A DNA stretch of 64,000 bases from Escherichia phage P1: sequence record OP279344.1, one strand, 5' to 3'. Under the pieces are notes generated by a model that was given only the letters and a program-made list of their open reading frames with translations, was not told where the DNA came from and made no database searches. Numbering within the stretch: position 1 is the stretch's first letter; every line of letters begins with the position of its first letter. The translations under genes were made by a program, and so were the position numbers. This document shows, piece after piece, positions 31,081-41,035 of the stretch.

Positions 31081-32288
31081 GCCGCCTCACCCCTAACAAA
31101 CTCAATTCGATCAAACACAGCCTTAGTGAAACGCTCGGCCTCGGTTCGTGCCTTCTTCAGCGCCTCTGCACTGCCTGGATACGATTGCGGGTTGGCACTG
31201 ATTACGGTGTCGAAAGACTCGCCGCATCGCTCAAAGCCATCCAGACGAGGCAGAGAAGAGTCCAGAATGTTGCTGGCGTAAACCTCACGCGCAAGGCTGT
31301 GTGATGTCTCGTGATCGCGCTTGCCGGTCATCTTCGACATAAAACCAATGCTGGCGCTCAAACGCGGTTCTACGCCTTCCTCCTCCAGTTGCTCCAGCAT
31401 TTCTGGCAGACGGGTGAGATATTTCAGTGTTGAGTGGAAGTCAACCTGGGCTGGTGGGGTAGGGGTAAGCAGCAAATCGCTGGCCGCCAGACCGTTGAGC
31501 AGGAACGGATCCAGGTGTGGACCGGTATCAATAAAGATAAAGTCATAATCATCCGCAACACGATCAATGATATTGCGTCGAAGGATTTCGTACTGATTTT
31601 GTCCGGGAAGATGCTCTTCAACCAGCTCTTTCCATTGGCTGGCAACAAAGCCATCGTCGATAGAGGCTGGAATCACGTCTACGCCAGGAACGATGGTCGG
31701 ACGAATCACCTCTTTGCGTAGCGTCTCCGCGTCCAGGTCGTTCAGCATCGCCTGCGCGGCGGTTTCCAGGATGGAACCAATACTGTGAGTATGGTCGAGG
31801 AACATTGTGCTGGATGCCTGAGGGTCAAGGTCAATTACCAGAATGCGCAGATCGTGACGCAGTAAATCCTGATGCACACGCAGAGCGTGCGCCAACGTGA
31901 CTGTGGAAACCGTTTTGGATACGCCACCCTTCAGGTTTACGACAAAAATAACGTAAGGCGATTTGTGAATGTCGCGATATTTGGGGATCTTACGGTGGGC
32001 ATAGATATCAATGACGTTCTGGATGGTCAGCGCGTACTGTTCAACGTTACCGACCTGTTTCTTGTTGAACTGGTACCCATCATCTTCCATCTCTTTGATG
32101 GCCTGCTCCACAATACGGCGGCTCAGCTTCGGCAACTTTGCCACAGCGTTACGAGTGAACGTCTGATAATACTCGGTCTGATTGAACTCTTTGCGCTGAT
32201 CTTCAATATCCTGACTCATGGCCTTAAGTAATGCGCTTGCACGAAGAGCTATGGTGCCGACACCGCCGTAATCGCGTTTCATCATCAT
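31077..32288 (-). CDS. parA: ParA partition ATPase, about 400 aa
   Basis: Deviant Walker A NLKGGVSKT, ParA signature VIDLDPQ, long N-terminal DNA-binding extension. Confidence 0.9.
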   Translation of the reverse strand: MMMKRDYGGVGTIALRASALLKAMSQDIEDQRKEFNQTEYYQTFTRNAVAKLPKLSRRIVEQAIKEMEDDGYQFNKKQVGNVEQYALTIQNVIDIYAHRKIPKYRDIHKSPYVIFVVNLKGGVSKTVSTVTLAHALRVHQDLLRHDLRILVIDLDPQASSTMFLDHTHSIGSILETAAQAMLNDLDAETLRKEVIRPTIVPGVDVIPASIDDGFVASQWKELVEEHLPGQNQYEILRRNIIDRVADDYDFIFIDTGPHLDPFLLNGLAASDLLLTPTPPAQVDFHSTLKYLTRLPEMLEQLEEEGVEPRLSASIGFMSKMTGKRDHETSHSLAREVYASNILDSSLPRLDGFERCGESFDTVISANPQSYPGSAEALKKARTEAERFTKAVFDRIEFVRGEAA

Positions 32289-32397
32289 CTCCTTATCATT
32301 TCGTATGAGTGAATTGTACGTTTGATTCTGCTACGTGCAACTTTTTTTGATTCGTGCGTCAATTATTGCACGTAAAGAAATGGCGATGTGGCTATTA

Positions 32398-32681
32398 GAT
32401 GTGTGCTGGAGGGATGATGCAGGACCAGAATGTGCGATAGAGGGAAGTCGCATTAAATTATGTGCTGTGGAGGGATCGCTGGTATCAAATATGTGTGCTG
32501 GAGGGAAAGGCAGAGAATTACATGTGCACTGGAGGGAAAAACGGATGGACAGATGTGTGCTGGAGGGAAAGTCTGGGCAAACTGCGGGGCGTCCCCCTCC
32601 AGCGCACATCAAAAACAGGAAATTAGACAAGCCTTCCCGGCAGCACACATTTTTTTAATGCAGCTTCCCTCCAGCACACAC
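32398..32681. repeat. incA iteron array (9 copies of a 19-bp RepA-binding repeat, both orientations)
   Basis: Repeats of GATGTGTGCTGGAGGGAAA and its complement, immediately downstream of repA. Confidence 0.85.
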
Positions 32682-33542
32682 TTATTCTGGGAGTTTCAGC
32701 TTTGGATTGCGAGAATGGACGATTACAAAACTTTCCCGGCCTTTCTTCTCAATTGAACAGTCGAGATAGCCGATTGTTTTAAGCTGTTCTATCGCTTTCT
32801 TAATGATACGGTTTTGCTCGCCAACAGCTGACTGCAAAGCCAGGCGCTCACGGATTCGGGCGAAAGATAGCGGCAACGGATTCTGCGGAAGGCTTTCGAT
32901 GAAAGTGTAAATGGCTTGTGCAGCTTCTTTCTTCGGAAGGGCACGCAAGGCGTGGTGTTGCAACAGAACGCGATAATCAAGCTGGAACAGCTCCCACAGC
33001 TTCGAATCAGCCTCCAGCTCTATCAGATCAAGGTCAGCATCAAAACGACCGACCTTTAGCAGACCAGTCTGATAGCCGCCTTTAGCATCTTTTCCGCGCT
33101 TAAAAGCGATACCCTTGTTACGTAAGCGTCCAAGTGATTCATGAATGGTTAAACGCAGTTTCGCATCCAGACGTTTTGAGGGGAAACCACAGGCTTTAGC
33201 GAATTCCTGAAACGATAACTGGATGGTGTTTGAGGACAAGCCGTATTTGCTGAACGCGTAGATGACACCGATCCACGTTTTGAAATCAGTATCCATATCG
33301 AGTCGAGGACCGGTGATTTTAATATCATCGTAACCCTCGGCTTTAGCTATCTCCAGCTGGGAAAACGCTTTGGTGGCATCAATCTCTTTACTTTCTCCTT
33401 TGCTCTTTGATGGCTTCGGAACGAATACCCCCAAGCGCATCAATGCTACAGGCTGGACAGTGTTGTTTGAATTAACTGTTAGTTCTTTTGCCTTACTTTC
33501 AATGTCTGCGTAAAGAATATCGGAGATAAATGATTGATTCAT
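32682..33542 (-). CDS. repA: RepA plasmid replication initiator, 286 aa
   Basis: Flanked by iteron arrays on both sides; size. Confidence 0.9.
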   Translation of the reverse strand: MNQSFISDILYADIESKAKELTVNSNNTVQPVALMRLGVFVPKPSKSKGESKEIDATKAFSQLEIAKAEGYDDIKITGPRLDMDTDFKTWIGVIYAFSKYGLSSNTIQLSFQEFAKACGFPSKRLDAKLRLTIHESLGRLRNKGIAFKRGKDAKGGYQTGLLKVGRFDADLDLIELEADSKLWELFQLDYRVLLQHHALRALPKKEAAQAIYTFIESLPQNPLPLSFARIRERLALQSAVGEQNRIIKKAIEQLKTIGYLDCSIEKKGRESFVIVHSRNPKLKLPE

Positions 33543-33597
33543 ATTACTTTTTCCGAATTGTGTGGATAGTTTTTATAAGTGGTGATAACTACCCAGG

Positions 33598-33825
33598 CTT
33601 TCCCGTCAGCACACATCCTATATCCCGCCAGCACACATTAGCAACCCGTCAGCACACATTTTTATCCCTCCAGCACACATCGTTTTCCCTCCAGCACACA
33701 TCGCGATACACTTCTAAGCCAGACGTGGCGCGGCCTGCAACGATCAGGGATCTATATGGATCTAATTGGGATCTGTATGGACCTAATTATTGGATCTACC
33801 CAGTGGATAATGTGGATAAGTGAAA
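33598..33825. repeat. incC iterons (5 copies) plus oriR elements (five GATC heptamers, tandem DnaA boxes)
   Basis: Five TCCCTCCAGCACACATC-type repeats at 33598-33702; GATC at 33742, 33749, 33759, 33770, 33793; tggataatgtggataag. Confidence 0.8.
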
Positions 33826-33859
33826 AACCGGCCAACATAGCCGGTTGGAAGGAAGGGTA

Positions 33860-34252
33860 TTATTCTACGCTTTCGATAAGAAGACCATGTTCATAGCATT
33901 TAAGCTCATCGCCTTCATACAGGAACTGGTATCCAATACCACCATATTCAGGCACATTAGGGAATAACTCATCACTTACCGAAGAACAAATCACACCAAT
34001 GCAGCGATCAACGCCTTCTCGTTCTTCAGTGCTGAAAAAATCCTCTTCGGTAAGAACATGAGTGCATTGCTCATCAGCATAGGTCGGAAATACATGCTCG
34101 ATGCAATCCGGGTGTTTTAAACCAAGCTGATCGGCAAGCTCGAAAGCATGACGGTATTGTTCAGATCCTGGCTTGCCAACAGTGATTTGCTCAATTTTGT
34201 AGATTGAAGTCGCTTTGTTGATAGTTTGCTTTACTGTTACTTTATCAGACAT
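33860..34252 (-). CDS. Hypothetical protein, 130 aa
   Basis: ORF track. Confidence 0.3.
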   Translation of the reverse strand: MSDKVTVKQTINKATSIYKIEQITVGKPGSEQYRHAFELADQLGLKHPDCIEHVFPTYADEQCTHVLTEEDFFSTEEREGVDRCIGVICSSVSDELFPNVPEYGGIGYQFLYEGDELKCYEHGLLIESVE

Positions 34253-34263
34253 AAAAATCCCTT

Positions 34264-34596
34264 TTAGTTACCACTGATAGCGTGGTTGTAATCATTAACG
34301 TTGCGATTCTTCCTGTTAATCCCCATCAGCATCGTTTCTGTATCAAGGATATAGGCTGGCAGATCATCAAAATATTCACTGCTAAACTCTGGCATCCTGC
34401 ACATAAACGCACTTTTGGGGGCAGGGTGATTAACCTTTGTCGGCGTCGGCGTTAAATTCGCTGATCGACTCCCGGAGCAACCGCTGAGTGTCAACAGGAA
34501 TGCGCTGGCGAACACTACCCGACGCAACCAGTTGTTTCTGAACTTCAGCTTTTCGTTCCATTTGCCTGTCAGCATATTTGGCTTGTTCTGATTCAT
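34264..34596 (-). CDS. Outer-membrane lipoprotein, candidate o-spanin (Rz1-like), overlapped architecture
   Basis: Signal peptide with lipobox LTLSG-C; Pro/Thr-rich mature part; starts inside the upstream gene in another frame. Confidence 0.55.
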   Translation of the reverse strand: MNQNKPNMLTGKWNEKLKFRNNWLRRVVFASAFLLTLSGCSGSRSANLTPTPTKVNHPAPKSAFMCRMPEFSSEYFDDLPAYILDTETMLMGINRKNRNVNDYNHAISGN

Positions 34597-34879
34597 TTTT
34601 CACTTCCTGGCTGTGAAAATGTTGCTCTGCTTTGTTCATCGTCTCAATGGTCTGGTTAAGATCCATTATTGACTTATCACGTTCCTTAACAGCCTGATCA
34701 AGACTGCCAATTTTCTCCATGGCTTGCTTTAGCTGATGACGTTCCCATGCAAACCCAGCACCAACAAGTGCGCAAATCAGAACAAGAACACCAGTAGCAG
34801 CAAGTTTCTCCTTCAAAGACAAAGCTGTTTTTAACGTAGAAAAGAATGACATGTCTTCCTCCTGAAGAAAAATTATCAA
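34430..34879 (-). CDS. Candidate i-spanin (Rz-like): N-terminal transmembrane helix + periplasmic coiled coil
   Basis: Transmembrane segment LAATGVLVLICALVGAGFAW followed by a charged coiled-coil region; 3' end overlaps the lipoprotein gene. Confidence 0.5.
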   Translation of the reverse strand: MIIFLQEEDMSFFSTLKTALSLKEKLAATGVLVLICALVGAGFAWERHQLKQAMEKIGSLDQAVKERDKSIMDLNQTIETMNKAEQHFHSQEVKNESEQAKYADRQMERKAEVQKQLVASGSVRQRIPVDTQRLLRESISEFNADADKG

Positions 34880-34891
34880 TGAAGTCCTTTG

Positions 34892-35680
34892 TTACTGTGC
34901 CGCTTTGTTTAATTCATCAAGAACAGAATCAGGAACCAAAGCGGCAACTGCGCTGGCTGTGCTGGCCTTATTTGCTGATGCTTCCGCAAGCGCGGTACCG
35001 ATAGCATGGTTATAAGCAGTTATGGCTACGTTGGCGCTTTCATTCGCTCGTTCATACTGCTGTTGTAACGCAGTTGTGGGCGCTGTTGTCTGGTTGAAAA
35101 CAACCCCAAACTGTTCAGTTGCTACTTTCAGAGATTCAATTTGCTCTTCTGTTAGTGCTGGTGGGGGAGTGGCAGTGCCGCCGCCTGAACCAGAGCCTGA
35201 CGAGCTTCCTGAGCCAGTGTTAAGGGTCTGGTTAATCTCCCCCATAGCAGCAACTAAACTTGATGTATTAAGCGCGTTTACAGCGTCCTCAAGCGATTTA
35301 GTAATAGTCACATCACCAATGGCAATAGAGATCGGCAGTTCTGAAACTTCTCGCTCATTAGCACGGCAGTAAACATCCCAACCAATATCGAGTTGAAGCA
35401 GCATTGACAGATCTGCATAACCAGCCAACAGGTCCGCGTGCTTAGTTGCCAGTTCGACAATGTTCGTTAAGCCTGTTGTGGTTGTTCTGATCGTTGAAAC
35501 ATAACTGGTAATAGTGTCGGGATAGACAATTGTATCCAAAATTAATCCGATCAATTCTTCTGCAAGCTGTTTTGCCGTGTTAGCACTGTTTCGTGCCGAT
35601 GTTATGGCACCAAGTGTTTTCATCCCACCGGCTGCGGCCAATTTTTTATATGCGGATAACTGGTAGTCTTTTTCCAGCAT
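34892..35680 (-). CDS. Hypothetical protein with Gly/Ser-rich linker, about 262 aa
   Basis: Preferred start ATG 35680 with AGGAG RBS (ORF track extends to 35737). Confidence 0.35.
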   Translation of the reverse strand: MLEKDYQLSAYKKLAAAGGMKTLGAITSARNSANTAKQLAEELIGLILDTIVYPDTITSYVSTIRTTTTGLTNIVELATKHADLLAGYADLSMLLQLDIGWDVYCRANEREVSELPISIAIGDVTITKSLEDAVNALNTSSLVAAMGEINQTLNTGSGSSSGSGSGGGTATPPPALTEEQIESLKVATEQFGVVFNQTTAPTTALQQQYERANESANVAITAYNHAIGTALAEASANKASTASAVAALVPDSVLDELNKAAQ

Positions 35681-35688
35681 GATATCTC

Positions 35689-35973
35689 CTAACTTACCTG
35701 AACTAGGCCGTCTCCGGACGCTACGGTAGATCCGCATGAAACAGGGTCACCAACGCATACGATCCCTTTACCATTGACGGTAAACCATGCCCTGGTTGAT
35801 ATAGCTTGCCCACCGTGCGTACTGTTTCCATCGGTATGCTGTGCATATTGCTTACCATCAACTAACACTTCGACTCCGTTGACTTTAAGTAGTGGTTCAC
35901 TCTCTACAGGAGGCCTGGATGGGAATCCTCCGTGCCCCGAACAAATGCTGTCTTTTGTTGCAATACTTGCCAC
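35689..35973 (-). CDS. PAAR-like small Gly/Cys-rich protein, 94 aa
   Basis: Repeated HGG and VNG-x-GD-x-C-GS spacing resembling PAAR/spike-tip folds. Confidence 0.4.
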   Translation of the reverse strand: MASIATKDSICSGHGGFPSRPPVESEPLLKVNGVEVLVDGKQYAQHTDGNSTHGGQAISTRAWFTVNGKGIVCVGDPVSCGSTVASGDGLVQVS

Positions 35974-36054
35974 GTCGTCACCAATGATTTGCTCTGATTT
36001 TCGTTATTTTAACTTAGGTTATTTGTGGTCTGTATGGCGTTTACTTATTACAAA

Positions 36055-36071
36055 ATTGCTCTAATAAATAT
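36055..36071 (+). promoter_or_regulatory. C1 operator upstream of the uhr-hrdC-dmt operon
   Basis: ATTGCTCTAATAAATAT, 16/17. Confidence 0.6.
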
Positions 36072-36427
36072 TGTTTTTTATATCGTGTTTTCGGTACCAT
36101 TCAGCCATCGCCCTTCAATGGGCATTTGTTTGGAGTCGTCAGATGCAGATGGAGCTAATAAGCCGCAAGGAGTTCGATAGCCGTGTAACCAGCGGTGAAC
36201 TCGACAACTTGCAGGCTATCAAGGTGAAAGAAGGCTTTTGCCTCATTGGGAATCAGAGCGGAACAAATCGCGTTTTTATGCTTCGCCGTACGGATTTGAA
36301 GCCATTTGTCTGGAAGAACGAAATTGGTCCCAGCTCATACGCTCAAACGAGGGGGTGCCACAACTTGGCCTTTTTCTACAAAGACGAGCTTTCTGTGGTT
36401 GATATTCAAGGGTTACAACATGTTTAA
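36071..36427 (+). CDS. Small protein upstream of hrdC; start uncertain
   Basis: ORF track; first in the operon after the operator. Confidence 0.3.
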   Translation: MFFISCFRYHSAIALQWAFVWSRQMQMELISRKEFDSRVTSGELDNLQAIKVKEGFCLIGNQSGTNRVFMLRRTDLKPFVWKNEIGPSSYAQTRGCHNLAFFYKDELSVVDIQGLQHV

Positions 36428-37325
36428 GCACTGGAAAAATATTACTATTTATAAACTTTCTCGTGAGGCGGATCTGACCGACTTAGAAGATAAAAAGAAA
36501 ATGATCCTTTTCACGCCATGCGGTAGTCAGGATATGGCCAAGTTCGGTTTTGTATCGCCATTTGGTGATAATTCCGAAGTTATCGCTATGCATGGAAATG
36601 GTTTTATCCTTGTTGAAGCAAAGCGCGAAACAAAAATTCTTCCCCCGCCGGTTATCCAGCGAGCTATTCAAGAAAAAATTGAAAAACTTGAGCAAGAACA
36701 AGCGCGTAAACTGAAGAAAACAGAGAAGGACTCCCTGAAAGACGAAGTTCTGCATTCTCTTCTGCCACGGGCTTTTTCAAAGTTTTCTGTTATCCAGGCG
36801 ATCTACGACGGTTCAACTAAACGTATCTATATCAATGCCAGCGCGCGGCAGGCAGAGGATATGCTCGCGCTTATGCGTAAGTCTCTGGGTTCTCTTCCTG
36901 TTGTGCCACTAAGTGTTGAAAATCCCATTGAGTTAACGCTGACCGACTGGGTACGTGATGCTAGTGCTCCACAGGGATTTCAAATGGGGGATGCGGCAGA
37001 ACTTAAGGCAGTGCTTGAGGATGGCGGTATCGCCCGAGTGAAAAAGCAGGATTTGGGAAGCGATGAAATTTCCACACACCTGGAAGCTGGCAAGCTCGTC
37101 ACTAAGTTGGCACTCGACTGGCAGAACCGCATTAAATTTACACTGGACCATAACTTCAGCATTACCAGCGTCAATTTTGCGGATGAATTGCTTGAGCAGA
37201 ACTCTGATATTGATAGTGAAGATGTTGCGCAGCGACTGGACGCAGATTTCTTCCTATTGACCAGTGAAATTTCGTGCCTGGTTGATGCTCTGGTAAATGC
37301 CCTTGGTGGAGAGGCTAAGCAGTGA
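36420..37325 (+). CDS. hrdC: RdgC-like recombination-associated protein, about 301 aa
   Basis: N-terminus [16 protein letters not shown] resembles the RdgC start (MLWFKNLMVYRLSR); start taken at the internal Met. Confidence 0.7.
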   Translation: MFKHWKNITIYKLSREADLTDLEDKKKMILFTPCGSQDMAKFGFVSPFGDNSEVIAMHGNGFILVEAKRETKILPPPVIQRAIQEKIEKLEQEQARKLKKTEKDSLKDEVLHSLLPRAFSKFSVIQAIYDGSTKRIYINASARQAEDMLALMRKSLGSLPVVPLSVENPIELTLTDWVRDASAPQGFQMGDAAELKAVLEDGGIARVKKQDLGSDEISTHLEAGKLVTKLALDWQNRIKFTLDHNFSITSVNFADELLEQNSDIDSEDVAQRLDADFFLLTSEISCLVDALVNALGGEAKQ

Positions 37326-40300
37326 AAGAGCTGTGCTATGGATCTGTTTGCAGTGGAATTGAAGCCGCGAGTATTGCCTGGGAACCGTTGGGTATGCGTC
37401 CGGTTTGGTTTGCTGAAATCGAGCCTTTTCCATCGGCCGTTCTTGCGCTCCGCTGGCCCCATGTCGCCAACCTTGGCGACATGACAAAACTTGCCAAAAA
37501 AGTCTTGGCTGGGGAAATCGAATCCCCTGACGTGCTCGTCGGGGGAACACCATGTTTTACCGCGGGGCATATGGTTCTTTGTAAAAATGGTTATAAACCA
37601 ATAGAAGATGTTTGCCCTGGCGATTACGTAGTCAGTCATCTCGGGCGGTTACAACAAGTAAAAAGAGTTGGTTCAAAAATAGCTAATACGGGGTTACTTA
37701 ATGCCGTTGGGCAGCCTTTAGGTATAAGAACAACCAATGACCATCCCTTCCTGGCTGTTCGGTGGAAAGCCCAAAACACCCGGAAAAATGGCACATATTT
37801 TAAGAGAGAGTTGTTGTCTGAACCGGAATGGCGAGCAGCATGTGATATGCCGGGATATCAATGGTGCGCTCTAACTAATTTCAATATTGCATCTCCAGAT
37901 ATTTGTTCTCGGTTCTTGTCTGAAGAACAGGCTATGTATCTTGCGGGCGCTTATGTTGGCGATGGATATATTAGGAGATGGAGAGGTAAATCTAAGAAGG
38001 CGGTTGTTTTTGGCATAAATTGCCAGAAATTGAGAAAGTTTCATTGCCGCATACCAGAAAACATATTTTCCGTGGCAAGCGAAATCCGAGGGAGCATCAA
38101 AGTAACCTTGAATGATACGTGTTATGCCAATTGGCTTAATGAACATTTTGGCGAGTTAAGCCATGCTAAGCGTATCCCTGCATGGGTGATGTCGCATCCA
38201 TTGCGTCATGTGTTTTTACAAGGCTATCTTGATACTGATGGGACACCAAGTGGTAAAGCGGGATTTAGAATTAATAGTGTTAGTCCTGCGCTTGCTTGGG
38301 GCGTTGCGGGGTTGTCACAGACTTGTGGTTATGTTTCTTCGGTCAGCTTTATTGAAGTTGAGCCCAAAAAAGTGATCGAGGATCGCGTGGTAAATCAACG
38401 GAATTATTATCAGGTAACAATCTGCCCGCAGAAATTGTCACGTAAATCAAGATTGGCTCATGGAATGCTTTTACGAACAGTCAAAGAGTTTAAATCGGTA
38501 GGCCTAGATACTGTATACAACATAGAAGTCGAAGGTGATCATTCCTATATCCTCAATGGTGCGGTGGTCCATAACTGTCAGGCATTCAGTATCGCGGGAT
38601 TACGTGGTGGGCTTGATGATGAGCGTGGCGCGCTAACTTTAAAGTATGTGGAGCTTGCAAATGCAATTGACGACAAACGGGCTGAGTCATTTCTCAAACC
38701 AGCCGTTATTGTCTGGGAAAATGTCCCAGGAGTCTTGTCATCGGCAGATAACGCCTTCGGATGTTTCCTTGCCGGATTGGCTGGAGAAGATGCGCCATTT
38801 GAACCAGGTGATCGACCTGAATCAGGAAAAAGTAACGCGTTCTGGCGGTGGGATGGCAAAACCGGTTGCCATGCTCCAAAGTGGCCGCAGTGTGGTTGTA
38901 TTTATGGGCCGCAGCGAAAGGTGGCCTGGAGAATCCTTGATGCCCAATACTTCGGAGTGGCACAACGACGCCGACGCGTGTTTGTTGTCGCAAGTGCTCG
39001 AACAGACCTCGATCCCGCAACGGTACTTTTTGAGTTCGAAGGCGTGCGCCGGGATATTGCGCCGAGCAGAGGCGAGGGGAAGGAAACTACCAGATATACT
39101 TCAAACATCGCTATCAGATCTTGCGATGATACAAACATAGTTGCCATGGCACATGGGCAAGGAGGGGCTGAGATAAAAACCGATAATTCGGCACCAACTT
39201 TAACATGTAACCATGAAGCACCAATTGTATTGCTCGGCGACGGTAGAATACGCCGTCTTACCCCTGTCGAATGTGAAAGGCTGCAAGGTTTTCCTGATGG
39301 GCATACGTTGATCCCTACGGAAAAGCGTAAAAAAGTTTCTTCAGATGAACTGGCATACCTTCGCAATAACTATCCTGATTTAAGCGAAGAAGAGGCCGCG
39401 ATGCTTGCAGCTGACGGACCGCGTTACAAAGCGATCGGCAATAGTATGGCAATACCAGTAATGCGCTGGATTGGCGATCGGATTACTAAGGCCGTATGTC
39501 GGCAGAAAGAAGGAAGTGAAACAAAAGAGCGAAAAGTTAAACCAGCGGCAGAATTCGAACGGTCCATATTCAAATGGGCTGGTGGAAAATTTGGTGTTCT
39601 GGAACAAATCTTTCGCTATTTGCCAGAAGGGAAGCGCCTGATTGAACCTTTCGTTGGTGGCGGAGCTGTCTTCATGAATGCCGGATACCAGGAAAATCTG
39701 CTAAATGATGTGAATGCTGACCTGATTAACTTTTACAAGACTCTGCAACGCGAGGCGCATTCACTTATCACTCTGGCACATCGTTTCTTCCAGGACTACA
39801 ACACACAGGAAGGATACCTGGCAGTACGGAATGCGTTTAACAAACAAGTCTATGATGATTTACATCGCGCAGCGGCGTTTTTGTTCCTGAACCGACATTG
39901 TTTTAACGGATTGACGCGTTACAACCAGGCCGGTGAGTTCAATGTCGGTTATGGGAAGTATAAAACTCCGTATTTCCCATTACAGGAGATGGAAGCCTTC
40001 CTCGGTGCGGAAGGGCGGTCTGAGTTTGTATGCGGTGATTTTGCAGCGGTGATTGAAGCTGCCGGAGAAGGAGATGTCATCTTTTGCGATCCGCCGTATG
40101 AACCGCTTCCAAATACAGAGGGATTCACGAACTATTCCGGTCATGACTTTAAGTTTGAAGAGCAAAAACGCCTGGTGTCTCTGTTGACGGATGCTCATCG
40201 TCGAGGTGCAAAGGTTCTCATTACTAACAGTGGCGCGCCAAACATCAGAGAGCTTTATCATGACAGTGGCTTCAGAGTGGAACCTCTTTTTGCCAGACGT

Positions 40301-40363
40301 TCTGTGTCTTGTAAGGGGGACACTCGAGGTGTAGCTCATGACGTTTTGGGTATATTGCTCTAA
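37322..40363 (+). CDS. dmt: Dmt bifunctional DNA methyltransferase: N-terminal C5-cytosine MTase interrupted by an intein + C-terminal Dam-like N6-adenine MTase
   Basis: C5 motifs I ([11 protein letters not shown]), IV (GGTPC...QAFSIAG, split), VI (ENVPG), VIII (QRRRRVF), [15 protein letters not shown]; Dam motifs [20 protein letters not shown]; GTG start overlapping the hrdC stop. Confidence 0.9.
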   Translation: MKELCYGSVCSGIEAASIAWEPLGMRPVWFAEIEPFPSAVLALRWPHVANLGDMTKLAKKVLAGEIESPDVLVGGTPCFTAGHMVLCKNGYKPIEDVCPGDYVVSHLGRLQQVKRVGSKIANTGLLNAVGQPLGIRTTNDHPFLAVRWKAQNTRKNGTYFKRELLSEPEWRAACDMPGYQWCALTNFNIASPDICSRFLSEEQAMYLAGAYVGDGYIRRWRGKSKKAVVFGINCQKLRKFHCRIPENIFSVASEIRGSIKVTLNDTCYANWLNEHFGELSHAKRIPAWVMSHPLRHVFLQGYLDTDGTPSGKAGFRINSVSPALAWGVAGLSQTCGYVSSVSFIEVEPKKVIEDRVVNQRNYYQVTICPQKLSRKSRLAHGMLLRTVKEFKSVGLDTVYNIEVEGDHSYILNGAVVHNCQAFSIAGLRGGLDDERGALTLKYVELANAIDDKRAESFLKPAVIVWENVPGVLSSADNAFGCFLAGLAGEDAPFEPGDRPESGKSNAFWRWDGKTGCHAPKWPQCGCIYGPQRKVAWRILDAQYFGVAQRRRRVFVVASARTDLDPATVLFEFEGVRRDIAPSRGEGKETTRYTSNIAIRSCDDTNIVAMAHGQGGAEIKTDNSAPTLTCNHEAPIVLLGDGRIRRLTPVECERLQGFPDGHTLIPTEKRKKVSSDELAYLRNNYPDLSEEEAAMLAADGPRYKAIGNSMAIPVMRWIGDRITKAVCRQKEGSETKERKVKPAAEFERSIFKWAGGKFGVLEQIFRYLPEGKRLIEPFVGGGAVFMNAGYQENLLNDVNADLINFYKTLQREAHSLITLAHRFFQDYNTQEGYLAVRNAFNKQVYDDLHRAAAFLFLNRHCFNGLTRYNQAGEFNVGYGKYKTPYFPLQEMEAFLGAEGRSEFVCGDFAAVIEAAGEGDVIFCDPPYEPLPNTEGFTNYSGHDFKFEEQKRLVSLLTDAHRRGAKVLITNSGAPNIRELYHDSGFRVEPLFARRSVSCKGDTRGVAHDVLGILL
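37553..38575 (+). mobile_element. Intein (341 aa) with LAGLIDADG homing-endonuclease domain inside dmt
   Basis: Block A CFTAGHMV, block [15 protein letters not shown] and LQGYLDTDG, block G VVHN followed by Cys; excision rebuilds [12 protein letters not shown]. Confidence 0.85.
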
Positions 40364-40370
40364 TAAATTT
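40354..40370 (+). promoter_or_regulatory. Consensus C1 operator overlapping the dmt stop, with an overlapping inverted partial copy
   Basis: ATTGCTCTAATAAATTT, 17/17; followed by TTATTAGTG. Confidence 0.7.
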
Positions 40371-40544
40371 ATTAGTGTAATATCGCCTCAATGAATCGTG
40401 ATTTATAGAGCGATTTAGCTGTTAGCCGCGACAGGCGCGGCGGTAAGCATGGCTGGGCCTAGTCCTCCCAGACAAACCACCGAGTTGCCAGGTTGACCAT
40501 GCGCCTAAGTGGCAACGCCGAAGTGCGTTACGAGCTTCCAGTTT

Positions 40545-40570
40545 GCCCATCTTCGGGTGGGCGTTTTTTT
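40545..40570 (+). terminator. Intrinsic terminator (7-bp stem, UUCG tetraloop, T8)
   Basis: gcccatc-ttcg-ggtgggc followed by gttttttt. Confidence 0.6.
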
Positions 40571-41035
40571 CAGGGTTTTCGTCATGGTTAGCGACTTTGC
40601 GGCGGTTTAGAAACTGACCATTAAAGTAAATGCAAACGATGATCTTATGATGGTAGCGGCCTAAGAAGCCAGATGCCACGGGGTATGAGTCGTCCCCCGT
40701 CAAAAAATCGACCGCAGAGTGTCCCCGTCTGTGTATTAGGGAACGGGGAGGCACAACAGGTAAGGGCGCTGGTGTGATTAACCAGATGAACGAGAAGGGG
40801 CCATCTGTTGGTCAGCGTCCTTTCCTGTTGCGTTTTCTTTTCAGCGTAACAGCGGTGCTTAACAGCACTTTGGGTACAGTTCCACGAATTTACGGGTATA
40901 TCCCGTCATGCTGAAGGCGCTAATCACGCTGGAAGCCAGGGTTGTGCATCCCCTGTTACCGAATTGCAGCTAGGGCGAGGTGCGCCGAAAAGCATACGGA
41001 GGTGGAAGCCCTCGCCGGAGACGTACCCGGCAAGT

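Noticed and set aside
32398-33702. Iteron arrays considered as a CRISPR array
   Set aside because: 19-bp repeats with irregular spacing and mixed orientation flanking repA; no cas genes
40470-40517. 15-codon ORF (MAGPSPPRQTTELPG) in the dmt-tRNA spacer
   Set aside because: No RBS and too short; the region is more consistent with structured RNA
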